A DNA stretch of 64,000 bases from Bacteroidota bacterium (GCA_037141455.1 JBAXCN010000002.1:32641-96640), one strand, 5' to 3'; counted from the first letter of the stretch, positions 36,734 through 47,488 are shown. The notes: generated by a model not told the origin, from the letters alone. A program made the numbers and translations.

Positions 36734-39535
36734 ATGCTTTTAATTGGCAAAAATATCATGTTAAAAAAAATAATATTAATTATTGCTTTCTGTATAACTT
36801 TAGCAGCTTCACAGGCACAAGCTTTACTTCCAGCAAGTTGGAATTTTTCAAACCCATCAATTGCTTCGCCACCTGTAGGTTGGGCATTAAATTTAGGAAC
36901 CACTGGTTCGTTAACTTATGCTTTTGGAATTGGCGATGCCATTTCATGCAGATTTGATAATAGTGGTGAAAATGTAGTGATAAGAATTGCTGACAAACCA
37001 GGACCATTAAGTTATTATTTAAGTCCTCAAAATGCTGGAGCAGCTTGGGGTGGTAAGTTCGATATAGAAGAGAGTAATGATGGAATAACTTATTCAACTT
37101 TACGAACTATTACTACCAAAACTTCAACTACTACAAATTTTACTGGAGGTAAATACACTGAAACTAATTTAAAAGCAACAACAAGATATATTCGTTTTAA
37201 TTTTGCTATAAAACTTCCAGGCGGGCAACCAACTCCTGGCGGAAATATGGCTTTGGATAGTGTTTTAATTTTACAAGCTCCTGCCGCAACAACTCCAACC
37301 ATTCAAGTAAGTAGAAACAATTCAATTATTACAAACAACAATTCGCATGTGGTTGGAAACAATGCAAATTTTGCTTTTAGAATAAAAAATCTTGGTTTGA
37401 TTGATACTTTAGTAATTGACAGTGCAAATTTTTCTGGTAAAAATGCAAGTGTTTATTCGGTATCTAATCAGTTTCCAATAAAAGTAGCACCTTTCGATTC
37501 TGCTTTTGTAAATTGTACTTTAAATACTTCTGGAAATGGCAGCCTTTTTGCATCTTTAAACATTTATAATAACGATTTAGATAAAAAAACTTTTAAAATT
37601 GATTTATATGGAATTGCAGGTTCGTTAGCAACTGAACCTTTGTTTAGTCCTATTTCTATTTCACCTTCAAATATTACTGCATATGGAATGAATTTGACAA
37701 TTGCTGACACCAGTTCTTTAACCGAAAATTACATTGTGTTACGCAAAATGGGAAATATAACCGAGGCCCCTGCTGATGGACAAACATACCAAAAAGGTGA
37801 TTACATTGGAACAGCTCAAGTAGCATTTATTGGAACTGCCCAAATGTTTAAACCAACTTATATTTTAGCAAATACCAATTACTCATTTAAAGCATTTGCG
37901 TTTAACGGGCCAGCCTCGTACGAAAATTATTTAACTTCAAATGCTACTTCAGCTAACGTTTCATCTCTAAATGGAAATCCTTTCAATTATTATGCTAATA
38001 TAAACCCAACATCTTCAACATTTATTACTGATTTATCTGCAAAAGTTAATCCACATGATACTATATTTTATAGTAATTACATTACTACCGTAATCAATAA
38101 TTTTTTAACAAGAGATACCACTGCAGGAAAAAAAGTGGTAAATTGTGTTTATACTGGAATTCCTTACATTTACAATGAACCTTTTGTATGGAATGCAAGT
38201 GGAAGTACTGGTATTTTAACGCGCGAGCACACGCGTGCGCAAAGCACCATGCCAAGTAATACTGCTGGCCAAAATCCTAGCTGGCCAAGAAGCAATGACA
38301 ATAGAGAATTACCAGAATATAACGATCAACATAATTTATTTCCAGCTGACCAATTAAACGCAAACGGTCCACGTTCAAATAACCCTTTTGGCGAATGTGT
38401 AACAGTTACTTCTACTTCGCCAACTGGTAAAGGAAAATTAGGTAAAGATGGTAACGGAAGTACCGTTTACGAGCCAAAGGATGAACAAAAAGGGGATTTA
38501 GCACGTGCATTATTTTATATGTCGGTTTGTTACAATGGCATTAATGCCAATAATTGGAGCTTACCTGCCGATCAAGGTTTGGCAGTTTTATTAAAGTGGC
38601 ATCAACAAGATCCACCAAGTGCAGAAGAAATTGCTAGACATGAATACATTGCTTCTATTCAAAAAAACAGAAATCCATTTATTGATTTTCCAAGTTGGGC
38701 TTTTTTAATAGATTTTAAAACTATGAATTTAGCTACAGGAAAAATACTTGTTATTGAAACGCCAAATGGAGGTGAAAATTTAATAGCTGGTAAAGCAAAA
38801 AATATTAATTGGTTAGCCAAAGGAATTAGCACAAAAGTAAGATTAGAATATACTTTAAACGGAACGGATTTTATTTTTATTGATACAGTTGATGCAAACT
38901 CATCAACTTATTTATGGAATGTACCTTTAGTTAACTCAACAAACGCTAAAATTAAAATTTCTGCAATTGATAATTCTGCTATTGATTTAAGTAATTCAAA
39001 TTTTTCAATTACTATTCCAACACTTAAACTTTTAACTCCAACTGGTGGTGCTACTTGGAAAGGCAACAACAATGAAGATATTACTTGGGAAAGCAATTTA
39101 GTTGACTCTATAAAAATTGAAATTAAAAATGGTTCAACTGTTATTTGGAGCATTAACGAAAAAGCAGATTTAGGTAAGTTTACTGTAGCTGTTCCAAACA
39201 TAAATGCCCTTAATACTAGAATAGTATTGACAGAAATAAATGGAAATTTAAAAGACAGTAGCGCTATTTTTAAAATAGAAGAAAGTGTTTCGATAAATGA
39301 AACCTCAAAAGTAAACTTTAATATTTATCCAAATCCATCAAACGGTACTTTTTACATAACAAGTAATTTGAATTTAGATAAAACTGAATACGAAATAACT
39401 GATATTACTGGAAGAGTTGTAATGAGTGGAATTTTAAATAATTCAAATGCTATTATCATTCACAACAAAGGAATTTATATTTTTAAAGGGGTATTAAATA
39501 ACAGTATTTTCTATAAAAAAATAGTTGTTGAATAA
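36734..39535 (+). CDS. T9SS-secreted extracellular nuclease: endonuclease I (EndA/Vvn family) domain + Ig-like domains + T9SS C-terminal sorting domain
   Basis: The core REHTRAQS...DQHNLFPAD...GDLARALFYM...NRNPFIDFP matches the endonuclease I family. The C-terminus NFNIYPNPSNGTFYI...IYIFKG is a Por secretion CTD. The signal peptide probably starts at the internal Met (about 36758). Confidence 0.75.
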   Translation: MLLIGKNIMLKKIILIIAFCITLAASQAQALLPASWNFSNPSIASPPVGWALNLGTTGSLTYAFGIGDAISCRFDNSGENVVIRIADKPGPLSYYLSPQNAGAAWGGKFDIEESNDGITYSTLRTITTKTSTTTNFTGGKYTETNLKATTRYIRFNFAIKLPGGQPTPGGNMALDSVLILQAPAATTPTIQVSRNNSIITNNNSHVVGNNANFAFRIKNLGLIDTLVIDSANFSGKNASVYSVSNQFPIKVAPFDSAFVNCTLNTSGNGSLFASLNIYNNDLDKKTFKIDLYGIAGSLATEPLFSPISISPSNITAYGMNLTIADTSSLTENYIVLRKMGNITEAPADGQTYQKGDYIGTAQVAFIGTAQMFKPTYILANTNYSFKAFAFNGPASYENYLTSNATSANVSSLNGNPFNYYANINPTSSTFITDLSAKVNPHDTIFYSNYITTVINNFLTRDTTAGKKVVNCVYTGIPYIYNEPFVWNASGSTGILTREHTRAQSTMPSNTAGQNPSWPRSNDNRELPEYNDQHNLFPADQLNANGPRSNNPFGECVTVTSTSPTGKGKLGKDGNGSTVYEPKDEQKGDLARALFYMSVCYNGINANNWSLPADQGLAVLLKWHQQDPPSAEEIARHEYIASIQKNRNPFIDFPSWAFLIDFKTMNLATGKILVIETPNGGENLIAGKAKNINWLAKGISTKVRLEYTLNGTDFIFIDTVDANSSTYLWNVPLVNSTNAKIKISAIDNSAIDLSNSNFSITIPTLKLLTPTGGATWKGNNNEDITWESNLVDSIKIEIKNGSTVIWSINEKADLGKFTVAVPNINALNTRIVLTEINGNLKDSSAIFKIEESVSINETSKVNFNIYPNPSNGTFYITSNLNLDKTEYEITDITGRVVMSGILNNSNAIIIHNKGIYIFKGVLNNSIFYKKIVVE

Positions 39536-39562
39536 TTTTAAAGATTAATATATTTTTTAAAA

Positions 39563-39596
39563 AAAGGGTTGTCCAAAAGGCAACCTTTTTTTATAT
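39563..39596 (+). terminator. Rho-independent terminator (imperfect stem)
   Basis: aagggttg-tccaaaagg-caaccttttttt. Confidence 0.45.
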
Positions 39597-39645
39597 GCCT
39601 CAAAATAAATAAAACTATATTGCTAGCTGTTTGTAATTAAATAAG

Positions 39646-40200
39646 ATGTCATTTAAAATATATACTAAAACAGGAGATAATGGACAAACCTCATTAATAG
39701 GAGGAGTAAGGGTTTCAAAATTTCACTTACGAATAGAAAGTTACGGAACTGTAGATGAATTAAATTCATATATAGGTTTAGTAAAAGATAGTTTGAACGA
39801 TAAAAGCACCATTGCAATTTTAGCTGAAATACAAGATAGGCTTTTTACAATTGGAAGTTTGCTGGCTAGCGACCCAGAAAAAAGTAAAATGAAAGTTCCA
39901 GATTTATATGAAAAAGACATTGAACTTTTGGAGTTGCAAATGGATGAAATGGATGTACATTTACCTGAATTAAAAAGTTTTATTTTGCCGGGTGGAAACA
40001 TTGTTGCTTCGCAATGCCATGTAGCCAGGTGTATTTGCAGAAGAGCTGAAAGATTGGTAGTGCATTTGGCTTTTGAATCAGAAGTAAATCCAATTATTTC
40101 GAAATACTTAAACAGATTGAGCGATTATTTATTTGTTCTTTCTCGAAAAATTGTAGTTGATGCGGGTGGTGAAGAAATTTCGTGGCGACCAAGAATGTAA
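39646..40200 (+). CDS. PduO-type ATP:cob(I)alamin adenosyltransferase
   Basis: 184 aa. The N-terminal IYTKTGDNGQTSL motif is typical of MMAB/PduO-type adenosyltransferases. Confidence 0.8.
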   Translation: MSFKIYTKTGDNGQTSLIGGVRVSKFHLRIESYGTVDELNSYIGLVKDSLNDKSTIAILAEIQDRLFTIGSLLASDPEKSKMKVPDLYEKDIELLELQMDEMDVHLPELKSFILPGGNIVASQCHVARCICRRAERLVVHLAFESEVNPIISKYLNRLSDYLFVLSRKIVVDAGGEEISWRPRM

Positions 40201-40249
40201 TTTTTTGTAAATCTGTAAAGTTCAGTAATTAACAAAAAAATGTAATCTA

Positions 40250-41206
40250 TTAATCTTTATTAGGCAAGCCATTAACTATTAAAAGCATATAGAAATAAGT
40301 AAGCCAAATAATTCTTCCATCGGCTATTGTTGAAAAATAAGATAGTACATACAGAAAATAAGCGGACACAATACTTGCCAAACAGGCTAAAATTAATTTA
40401 TTAGCTAACATATTTTTTATATTAAACTTTAAAAGGTTATTTATAAAAAGCAAGCCAACTATTCCAAAGCTAAAAATAAAACTTCCCCAAGTGTTAAACC
40501 TAGTAAAGTTTATTTCTGCATTTTTTAAATTAAATATCCAAAAATTATTTTTACTAATAATATTGGTAACTGGTGCGTAGTTTTTAATAATTAAAAATAA
40601 AATTGTTACTAATAAACAGGTTAATATGGTTACAATAATTGTTTTATTTTTATTGTAACTATATTGGTAAAAGAAATAAAATGGAATACAAATAACAATG
40701 GTTTCTTTTACACACAATCCTAGTAAAATACTTAAAACAAAAAGCCAATTTATATTTTTTATAGTTGCATAAATACTTAATGCAATAAATAAAAACAAAG
40801 AAGCATCTACATAACCAATACTTGAATAATAAAACATTGGAAATGAAAGCAGGAATAACCATAAACGCTGCCATATTTTTTTAGTTTTTACATTAAAAAA
40901 TTGCAAAATTTTATAAAAAACATACAATGAAATTACTAATAAAATTGCATTGATTAAATTGATTGCAGTTAAAGCATTTAAAGGCAAAACACTTGCAACC
41001 CATGGAACCAAAAACCTCCAATTGGTAGCTGGTTTTATTTCGTAAGCCGGTATTTCCCCTCTAAAAAATGCTACATAAGCTCCAAAATATTTCGAATCGT
41101 ATGGTTGCTGCTTTATAATAAGTTGATTGCCATTAAAACGAGGCAAAAAAACCAATAAAAATATTACGGTAGTTATTATTAAATAGGTAGATTGTTTCGT
41201 TTTCAA
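40250..41206 (-). CDS. Polytopic membrane protein of unknown function (possibly glycosyltransferase-39/DUF2029-like)
   Basis: 318 aa with 8 or more predicted TM helices. No confident domain match. Confidence 0.35.
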   Translation of the reverse strand: MKTKQSTYLIITTVIFLLVFLPRFNGNQLIIKQQPYDSKYFGAYVAFFRGEIPAYEIKPATNWRFLVPWVASVLPLNALTAINLINAILLVISLYVFYKILQFFNVKTKKIWQRLWLFLLSFPMFYYSSIGYVDASLFLFIALSIYATIKNINWLFVLSILLGLCVKETIVICIPFYFFYQYSYNKNKTIIVTILTCLLVTILFLIIKNYAPVTNIISKNNFWIFNLKNAEINFTRFNTWGSFIFSFGIVGLLFINNLLKFNIKNMLANKLILACLASIVSAYFLYVLSYFSTIADGRIIWLTYFYMLLIVNGLPNKD

Positions 41207-41278
41207 TTGGTAAATTTTAAATAATTAATACATTTGTTATTGCAATTAAGGCAATTGAATTTTTAAAACAATAATTTT

Positions 41279-42082
41279 ATGTCTGATTATTTATTTACCG
41301 ACCAAATGAATAGGAAAATTCAATTGGATAAACAACCAATTAGAATTATTTCATTGGTTCCATCTCAAACAGAATTGTTATACAGTTTAGGTTTAGATGA
41401 AGAAATAGTGGGGCAAACAAAGTTTTGTATTCATCCTAAAGAAAAGCATCAAACCAAAACCATTGTTGGGGGTACAAAAAATATTGATTTTGAAACTATT
41501 GCAATACTTAAACCTGATTTAATTATAGGCAATAAAGAGGAAAACGACCAAAAACAAATGGAGTATTTAATGCAACATTACCAAGTTTGGATGAGTGATA
41601 TAAATAACTTGAATGAGGCTTATGAAATGATTGATTCGTTAGGAAAAATAACTGGTAAACTAGCAGCAGCGGATCAAATTATTTATCAAATTAAATACGT
41701 TTTTAAAGATTTGGAAAATTATTTATTGAAATTAATAAATTATAAAAAATGTGCTTATTTTATTTGGAGAAAACCATTTATGGTATCAGGAAACAATACG
41801 TTTATCAATTACATTTTAGAATATTTAAAATTTGAAAATGTTTTTTCGAACGAAACAGAAAGATATCCTGCTACAAATGCAGTTATTTTAGCAGAAAAAA
41901 ATCCGGAAATTGTATTTTTATCGAGTGAGCCTTATCCTTTTAAACAAAAACATATTGATGAGATTCAACATATATTACCAAATGCTAAAATATTATTAGT
42001 TGATGGAGAGATGTTTAGTTGGTATGGTAGCAGATTAATTAAAAGTGCACCCTATTTTAAAAGATTGCTTGCAATGCTTTAA
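41279..42082 (+). CDS. BtuF/TroA-like periplasmic binding protein (cobalamin / iron-siderophore ABC substrate-binding fold)
   Basis: IRIISLVPSQTELLYSLGL...IVG N-terminal motif of class III periplasmic binding proteins. 267 aa. Confidence 0.6.
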   Translation: MSDYLFTDQMNRKIQLDKQPIRIISLVPSQTELLYSLGLDEEIVGQTKFCIHPKEKHQTKTIVGGTKNIDFETIAILKPDLIIGNKEENDQKQMEYLMQHYQVWMSDINNLNEAYEMIDSLGKITGKLAAADQIIYQIKYVFKDLENYLLKLINYKKCAYFIWRKPFMVSGNNTFINYILEYLKFENVFSNETERYPATNAVILAEKNPEIVFLSSEPYPFKQKHIDEIQHILPNAKILLVDGEMFSWYGSRLIKSAPYFKRLLAML

Positions 42083-42138
42083 AAATAGTTATTCATAAGT
42101 TTTACAAAAGGTAACTTTAATTCATTTTTTTTATACTT

Positions 42139-43077
42139 TTGTATCTTATGGAAGAAAACAAAGAAAAACGCAATCGATTTGCAGTAATAATACCTTGGGC
42201 TTTAGTTGGAATTTTAACTTTATTAAACGGATTTTTTATTTACAATTATTTTAAAACAGACCAAAAACTTGCTGTAACCGAGGAAGTTTTGTTTGATACC
42301 AAAGCTGCAAAAAATTCGCTTGACTCATTGTTATTAGTTACCTCAACTGAATTAGAAAGTTACAAAGGACAAAATGCATCTTTGGATAGTTTGGTTAGTC
42401 AAAAAGATGGAGAACTAAAGTTAATATCGGATAGAATAAAAAGGCTTTTAGCACAAGATAGAGTGAGCAAAGTTGAGTTAGATAAAGCCTTAGAAGAAAT
42501 AGAGCAATTACGTTATTACAAACAAAAATACTTAACACAAATTGATTCCCTATCTACTCAAGTTGTTTTGCTAAACAGAGAAAATGTGCAACTCAAAGGG
42601 AATATTGATAACCAAAAACGCAACAACGAAAATTTAAGTTTAGAAAATGCAGGACTTAAAAATAAAGTAGCAATTGGAGCAAAATTAAATACATCAGCTT
42701 TAACTATTTTGGGTATAAAAATGCGAAGTAATGGTAAAGAAAAAGAAACCATGAAAGCAAAACAAGTTGAAAAATTAAAGCTTACTTTTAAAGTGGCCGA
42801 AAATTTTGTTGCCGAAAAAGGTGAAAAAGAAATTTATTTAAAAATTACTTCTCAAGATGGAACAACGCTTTATAACCAAGCAACAGGAACAGCAACTTTT
42901 AAATTTCAAGGCGATGAATCGTTATATACTCAAAAGAAAGTAATTGATTTCAACCAAGAGGCGCAAGATGTTACTATTTATTGGTCAAAAGGAACTGAGT
43001 TTGCTTTAGGAAAATACAAAGCTGAAATTTTTGCTGATGGTTTCCGTATTGGAGCTGTTGATTTTGAGTTGAAGTAA
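42139..43077 (+). CDS. Hypothetical membrane-anchored coiled-coil protein
   Basis: TM helix near the N-terminus, a long heptad-rich middle and a beta-rich C-terminal domain. No recognisable family. Confidence 0.35.
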   Translation: MYLMEENKEKRNRFAVIIPWALVGILTLLNGFFIYNYFKTDQKLAVTEEVLFDTKAAKNSLDSLLLVTSTELESYKGQNASLDSLVSQKDGELKLISDRIKRLLAQDRVSKVELDKALEEIEQLRYYKQKYLTQIDSLSTQVVLLNRENVQLKGNIDNQKRNNENLSLENAGLKNKVAIGAKLNTSALTILGIKMRSNGKEKETMKAKQVEKLKLTFKVAENFVAEKGEKEIYLKITSQDGTTLYNQATGTATFKFQGDESLYTQKKVIDFNQEAQDVTIYWSKGTEFALGKYKAEIFADGFRIGAVDFELK

Positions 43078-44430
43078 CTAATTTGTTAATGAAGTAATTT
43101 TCATTAACAAAGGTTTTTTCGATTTTATTATAATTCCTGGAACTATAATTGGTTCTTTATTGGATGCTAGTTCAAAGTTTAATTCCGACATAAACATGGT
43201 GAAAATTAGTTGTAGTTCAGCCATTGCCAACGGTTTGCCAATACACATTCTTTTTCCTTGTCCAAATGGAATATAGGTAAATGCTTTGCCTTGAAAATTT
43301 CCTTGTTTAAAATGTTCAGGATAAAATTCGTTTGGTTTTTCCCATAGTTCCGAATGTCTATGCAAAGCATAAGGGCAAATCATTAGGTACGAATTTCCTG
43401 GAATAATGAAATCGCCTAACTTATCTTCATTTATAGAAACGCGATGAAATGACCATACAGGAGGAAACAACCGCATCGACTCTTGAATAATCATTTTAAC
43501 TGAATCTGTTTGTGCTATTTCATCAAGGCTTAAACCACTGCTTGCCTGCAATTTTACTTCTTCCTGAATACTTTTTTGGTAGTTTTTATGCTTTGCTATG
43601 CAATATAGTGTCCAAGTTAAAGCAGAAGCGGTGGTATCAAATCCAGCAAAAATAAAATTCATCATTTCATCTCTCACTTGCTGGTCTGTAATAATATTTT
43701 TTTCTTTTGCTTGCTCCAAAATATTTAATACAAAACCAATCGATTCTGGCTTTTCTTTGGCATTATTCCTTATAGAAAGAATTATTTCATTTAGTCTGTT
43801 TAAAGCTTGTTTTGTTTTTTTGTCTTCTTTAAATTTTACTCCAATAAATTTACTTAGTTTAGTTTTGGCGTAATATATTTTTTGGTTTGCAAAACTAGCT
43901 GTGCTTAATAAAATTCTTAAACATTTTATTATTTCTATAAAATCAATTTCTGTTGAATTTGATAGTTGTGTTTTTATTAATATTTTAAGCATTAAAATAT
44001 TAATTTCTAATTCTACATCCACCAAACTTCCTATTGGTTTGCTCTTCCAAGAGTTAATAAATTGGGTAGTTTCGGTTTTTATGCACGAGTAATAATTTTT
44101 TATTTGTTCATCGTGAAACGAAGGTTTAACTAATTGGTGCATTTGCTCCCACAATTTCCCTTCCGACATAAATAACCCTTCACCTAAAAAGGGTTCAAGT
44201 GGTTTTATGGCTTTCCTTCTCGAGTAATTTTCTTGGTTATCTTTTAAAATATGTTTTATGTAATTGGGGTGGTTTACTAAAATTAATTTTTGCGAATTTG
44301 TTAAATTAAATTGAACCAAATCACCATATTTATTAGTAATTTTAATAATTGTTGGTAAAGGATTTTTAAGTAATCCTGGAATCCATTTTAAAAAACGCAG
44401 TAAATTAATAGTAGTTATTTTAACTGTCAC
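43078..44430 (-). CDS. Cytochrome P450 monooxygenase
   Basis: Heme-thiolate loop FGQGKRMCIGKPLA and the EXXR region (ESMRLFPP). 450 aa. Confidence 0.88.
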   Translation of the reverse strand: MTVKITTINLLRFLKWIPGLLKNPLPTIIKITNKYGDLVQFNLTNSQKLILVNHPNYIKHILKDNQENYSRRKAIKPLEPFLGEGLFMSEGKLWEQMHQLVKPSFHDEQIKNYYSCIKTETTQFINSWKSKPIGSLVDVELEINILMLKILIKTQLSNSTEIDFIEIIKCLRILLSTASFANQKIYYAKTKLSKFIGVKFKEDKKTKQALNRLNEIILSIRNNAKEKPESIGFVLNILEQAKEKNIITDQQVRDEMMNFIFAGFDTTASALTWTLYCIAKHKNYQKSIQEEVKLQASSGLSLDEIAQTDSVKMIIQESMRLFPPVWSFHRVSINEDKLGDFIIPGNSYLMICPYALHRHSELWEKPNEFYPEHFKQGNFQGKAFTYIPFGQGKRMCIGKPLAMAELQLIFTMFMSELNFELASNKEPIIVPGIIIKSKKPLLMKITSLTN

Positions 44431-44443
44431 TTTAAGCTATACT

Positions 44444-45208
44444 TTAGTTAAATATTTTTAAATGGAGATCAATATTCTTTTTAAAATTATGAACAAACCT
44501 ACCCAATTCAGCACCATCGTTAATTGAATGGTCCATAATTACAGTAAATGTTAAAATTTCAACATTTTTAATTTCTCCCTTTTCTATTTTTTCTACTTTG
44601 CTAAAACTCCCTAAAAACATGCCAACTGAATGAATTGGAATAGGAAAACCCCAGCCTTTTGATGTGCCAAACATTCCACCTGCACTGTAATATGCAGTTC
44701 CAAAAATACCTTTTCTCATTTTTGGTATTTTCATCCAAATACTATAAAAATATTTTTTTATAAAATAAGGAAGCTTTAAAAAATAATATTGTGATTTATT
44801 AATATTGGAACTAGTGCTAATTCTAAAAGATTCAATTTCAGTATTTATTTGAAAAATACTTTTTTTATTAATTGCTTTTATAATTAAAGGTTGAATTACC
44901 TTTTGATCATTAATATTTTTTTCAATAGGAAAAAATACATCAATATCATCAAAAACAATTAACTGATTTTTCCAATTTTTAATGGCATGTAAATCTCTTT
45001 TGTCTGATACTGTTTTTGAAAAACAGTATAAAAAAAAGTTATTTAATGTAAGTTGTGAGTTATTTAGCTGATTGTAGTCTTTAATTTTTTTCTTAACACC
45101 AGTTATATCAATTTCGGCCAATACATAAACAAATGGTATTTTTTGACCAAGTTTATTAGCATCTTCCACCATTACTCTGTTTATAGAAAATGGTTTAATT
45201 GTATACAT
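44444..45208 (-). CDS. Stand-alone 2-oxoacid-dehydrogenase-type acyltransferase catalytic domain protein (CAT-like fold)
   Basis: Catalytic signature IMDHSINDGAELGRFV (DHRxxDG-like) and a GGMFGTS...FPIPI region resembling the E2 catalytic domain. 254 aa. Confidence 0.55.
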   Translation of the reverse strand: MYTIKPFSINRVMVEDANKLGQKIPFVYVLAEIDITGVKKKIKDYNQLNNSQLTLNNFFLYCFSKTVSDKRDLHAIKNWKNQLIVFDDIDVFFPIEKNINDQKVIQPLIIKAINKKSIFQINTEIESFRISTSSNINKSQYYFLKLPYFIKKYFYSIWMKIPKMRKGIFGTAYYSAGGMFGTSKGWGFPIPIHSVGMFLGSFSKVEKIEKGEIKNVEILTFTVIMDHSINDGAELGRFVHNFKKNIDLHLKIFN

Positions 45209-45256
45209 TGTAAGTAAAATTAAAAAAAACTAAAACTAATTCTTAATTTAAAATAA

Positions 45257-46333
45257 TTAAGCCACAGAACCCATTGCTTTTAGGTGTGATAAATGCGAAC
45301 GTACAGCACTTAAAACAGTAGGAAACTCTCTATATTTAATATCAAATTCTTCACAAACTTGCTTTACTATTTTTTGAATTTGTGGGTAATGAATGTGACT
45401 TATTTTAGGAAACAAATGGTGTTCTATTTGAAAATTTAATCCACCCATAAACCAAGTCATAGACTTACTTTTGGTAGCAAAATTTGCAGTGGTGTTTATT
45501 TGGTGAATGGCCCATTCTGTTTCTATTTTTTGCGAATTACCATCAGTATCAATAAAATCCATGTCTTCAATGATATGAGCTAATTGAAAAACAATTGCAA
45601 TTACTAAACCACATACAAAAACTACGATTAAGTACCCAATAACTGTATATAAAACACTTGTAAAAAAAATAGGCAATACTATAAAAATTCCTACATAAGT
45701 AACTTTAGTAATCCAAAATATAAAGTGCTCTTTCAAGTCCATTTTACGCAGTGGAGTATAGTCTGCAATTTTACTTGAAAAGTATTTTTTAAAATCATTA
45801 AAAAACACCCAAAACAAATAAGTTAAACCATATAAAAGTATGCCATAAATGTGCTGGAATTTATGAAACCATTTTCCATCTTGGCTTTCGTGCACTCTTA
45901 TAAACGGTTTAATATCTATATCATCGTCTAATCCTTCAATATTGGTGTATGAATGGTGGTTAATATTGTGCTTTAACTTCCACATATAACTGCTTCCTCC
46001 CAATACATTTAATGAATAACTCATTGCTTCGTTAATCCATTTTTTTGATGAATAGCTTCCATGTGCTCCATCGTGCATTACGTTAAAACCAATTGCAGCG
46101 AAGTTTATGCCTAAAACTATACAAAGCATAATGCAAACAAAAACAGATGAAGGTGTAAAAAACACCAATGTAATATAAGAACCAACTAATATTGAAAACA
46201 AAATTGCGGTTTTTGCATACAATTTGTAATTTCCAGTTTGTTTAATTTTTTTAGTTTCAAAATAGCTTTCAACTCTACTTCTCAATTCGTTAAAGAATTC
46301 AGGATTTTTGTTATTAAATTTTATTTTTGTCAT
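45257..46333 (-). CDS. Membrane fatty-acid desaturase family protein (three His-box di-iron enzyme)
   Basis: His boxes HDGAHGS, HNINHH and HHLFP, with 4 or more TM helices. 358 aa. Confidence 0.8.
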   Translation of the reverse strand: MTKIKFNNKNPEFFNELRSRVESYFETKKIKQTGNYKLYAKTAILFSILVGSYITLVFFTPSSVFVCIMLCIVLGINFAAIGFNVMHDGAHGSYSSKKWINEAMSYSLNVLGGSSYMWKLKHNINHHSYTNIEGLDDDIDIKPFIRVHESQDGKWFHKFQHIYGILLYGLTYLFWVFFNDFKKYFSSKIADYTPLRKMDLKEHFIFWITKVTYVGIFIVLPIFFTSVLYTVIGYLIVVFVCGLVIAIVFQLAHIIEDMDFIDTDGNSQKIETEWAIHQINTTANFATKSKSMTWFMGGLNFQIEHHLFPKISHIHYPQIQKIVKQVCEEFDIKYREFPTVLSAVRSHLSHLKAMGSVA

Positions 46334-46420
46334 TGTTAAAAAATGTGTTGCAATATTTACTTATTTAATTTATTATACTATTACAAAAATCATAAATTTT
46401 ATTTAGTCAAATTATGCTTT

Positions 46421-47488
46421 TTAAAAATCCATTCTAAATCTTTCGCGTTTAAGTTGCTGAAAAGCAAGAGGTTTAGCTTTTAATTCTTTATTGTCGGTTC
46501 TCCTCGCTATTATATCTAATGCCAAATACAATGCATTTCTAAAGCTACTTTCATCGGCTTTATTTTTTCCGGCTATATCGTATGCAGTTCCATGATCGGG
46601 CGAAGTTCTAACAATATTTAACCCTGCTGTATAATTTACTCCATCAGAAAAAGCAAAATATTTAAATGGAATTAATCCTTGATCGTGATACATTGCTAAA
46701 ACACCATCAAACTTTTCGTATTGTTTGGAACCAAAAAAACCATCGGAAGGATATGGTCCAAATACTGTAATATTTGCAGCTTGCGCGCTTTCAATTGCCG
46801 GAATAATTATGTTTTTTTCTTCACTGCCAATTAATCCATTATCGCCTGCATGTGGGTTTAATCCTAAAACAGCAATACGTGGTTTTGAACAATTAAAATC
46901 ATTTTTAAGAGATTCGTTCATTAATTTAATTTTCTTCAAAATTAATTCTGATGTAAGTTTCGAAGCCACGTCTTTAATTGGCATATGTCCGGTTACTAAA
47001 CCTACTTTTAGCTGTTCACTTATTAAAAACATTAAAAAATTATGGTTATTTAACTCATGAGCCAAGTATTCAGTATGTCCTTTAAAAGGCAACAATTCGC
47101 TATTAACCAAATTTTTATTTAATGGTGCAGTAACTATTCCGTCTAATTTACCATCTTTTAAATCTTTAGTAGCAGCCTCCAAACTTTTAAAAGCATATTT
47201 GCCTCCTATTTCATTTGCTTCACCTATTTTTATTTCTACTTCTTCATCCCAGCAAGGTATTAAGTTTATTTTTTTTGTATTTACATGCTCTGTTGTTTTA
47301 ATAATATTTACAAAAAAGTCGTTGTTTCCAATTATTTTTTTCCAAAAGCCAATTACTTTGGGCGATGAATATATAACAGGGGTGCAGTATTCGCATATTC
47401 TTAAATCGGACAAAGTTTTAATAACTACTTCAGGTGCTATCGAATTGATATCGCCAATGGTAAAACCAATAATAGGGAGTTTGTTCAT
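46421..47488 (-). CDS. pdxA: 4-hydroxythreonine-4-phosphate dehydrogenase PdxA
   Basis: 355 aa. Has the conserved PdxA motifs (GHTEYLA, VLGLNPHAGDNG, MYHDQGLIPFK). Confidence 0.88.
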   Translation of the reverse strand: MNKLPIIGFTIGDINSIAPEVVIKTLSDLRICEYCTPVIYSSPKVIGFWKKIIGNNDFFVNIIKTTEHVNTKKINLIPCWDEEVEIKIGEANEIGGKYAFKSLEAATKDLKDGKLDGIVTAPLNKNLVNSELLPFKGHTEYLAHELNNHNFLMFLISEQLKVGLVTGHMPIKDVASKLTSELILKKIKLMNESLKNDFNCSKPRIAVLGLNPHAGDNGLIGSEEKNIIIPAIESAQAANITVFGPYPSDGFFGSKQYEKFDGVLAMYHDQGLIPFKYFAFSDGVNYTAGLNIVRTSPDHGTAYDIAGKNKADESSFRNALYLALDIIARRTDNKELKAKPLAFQQLKRERFRMDF

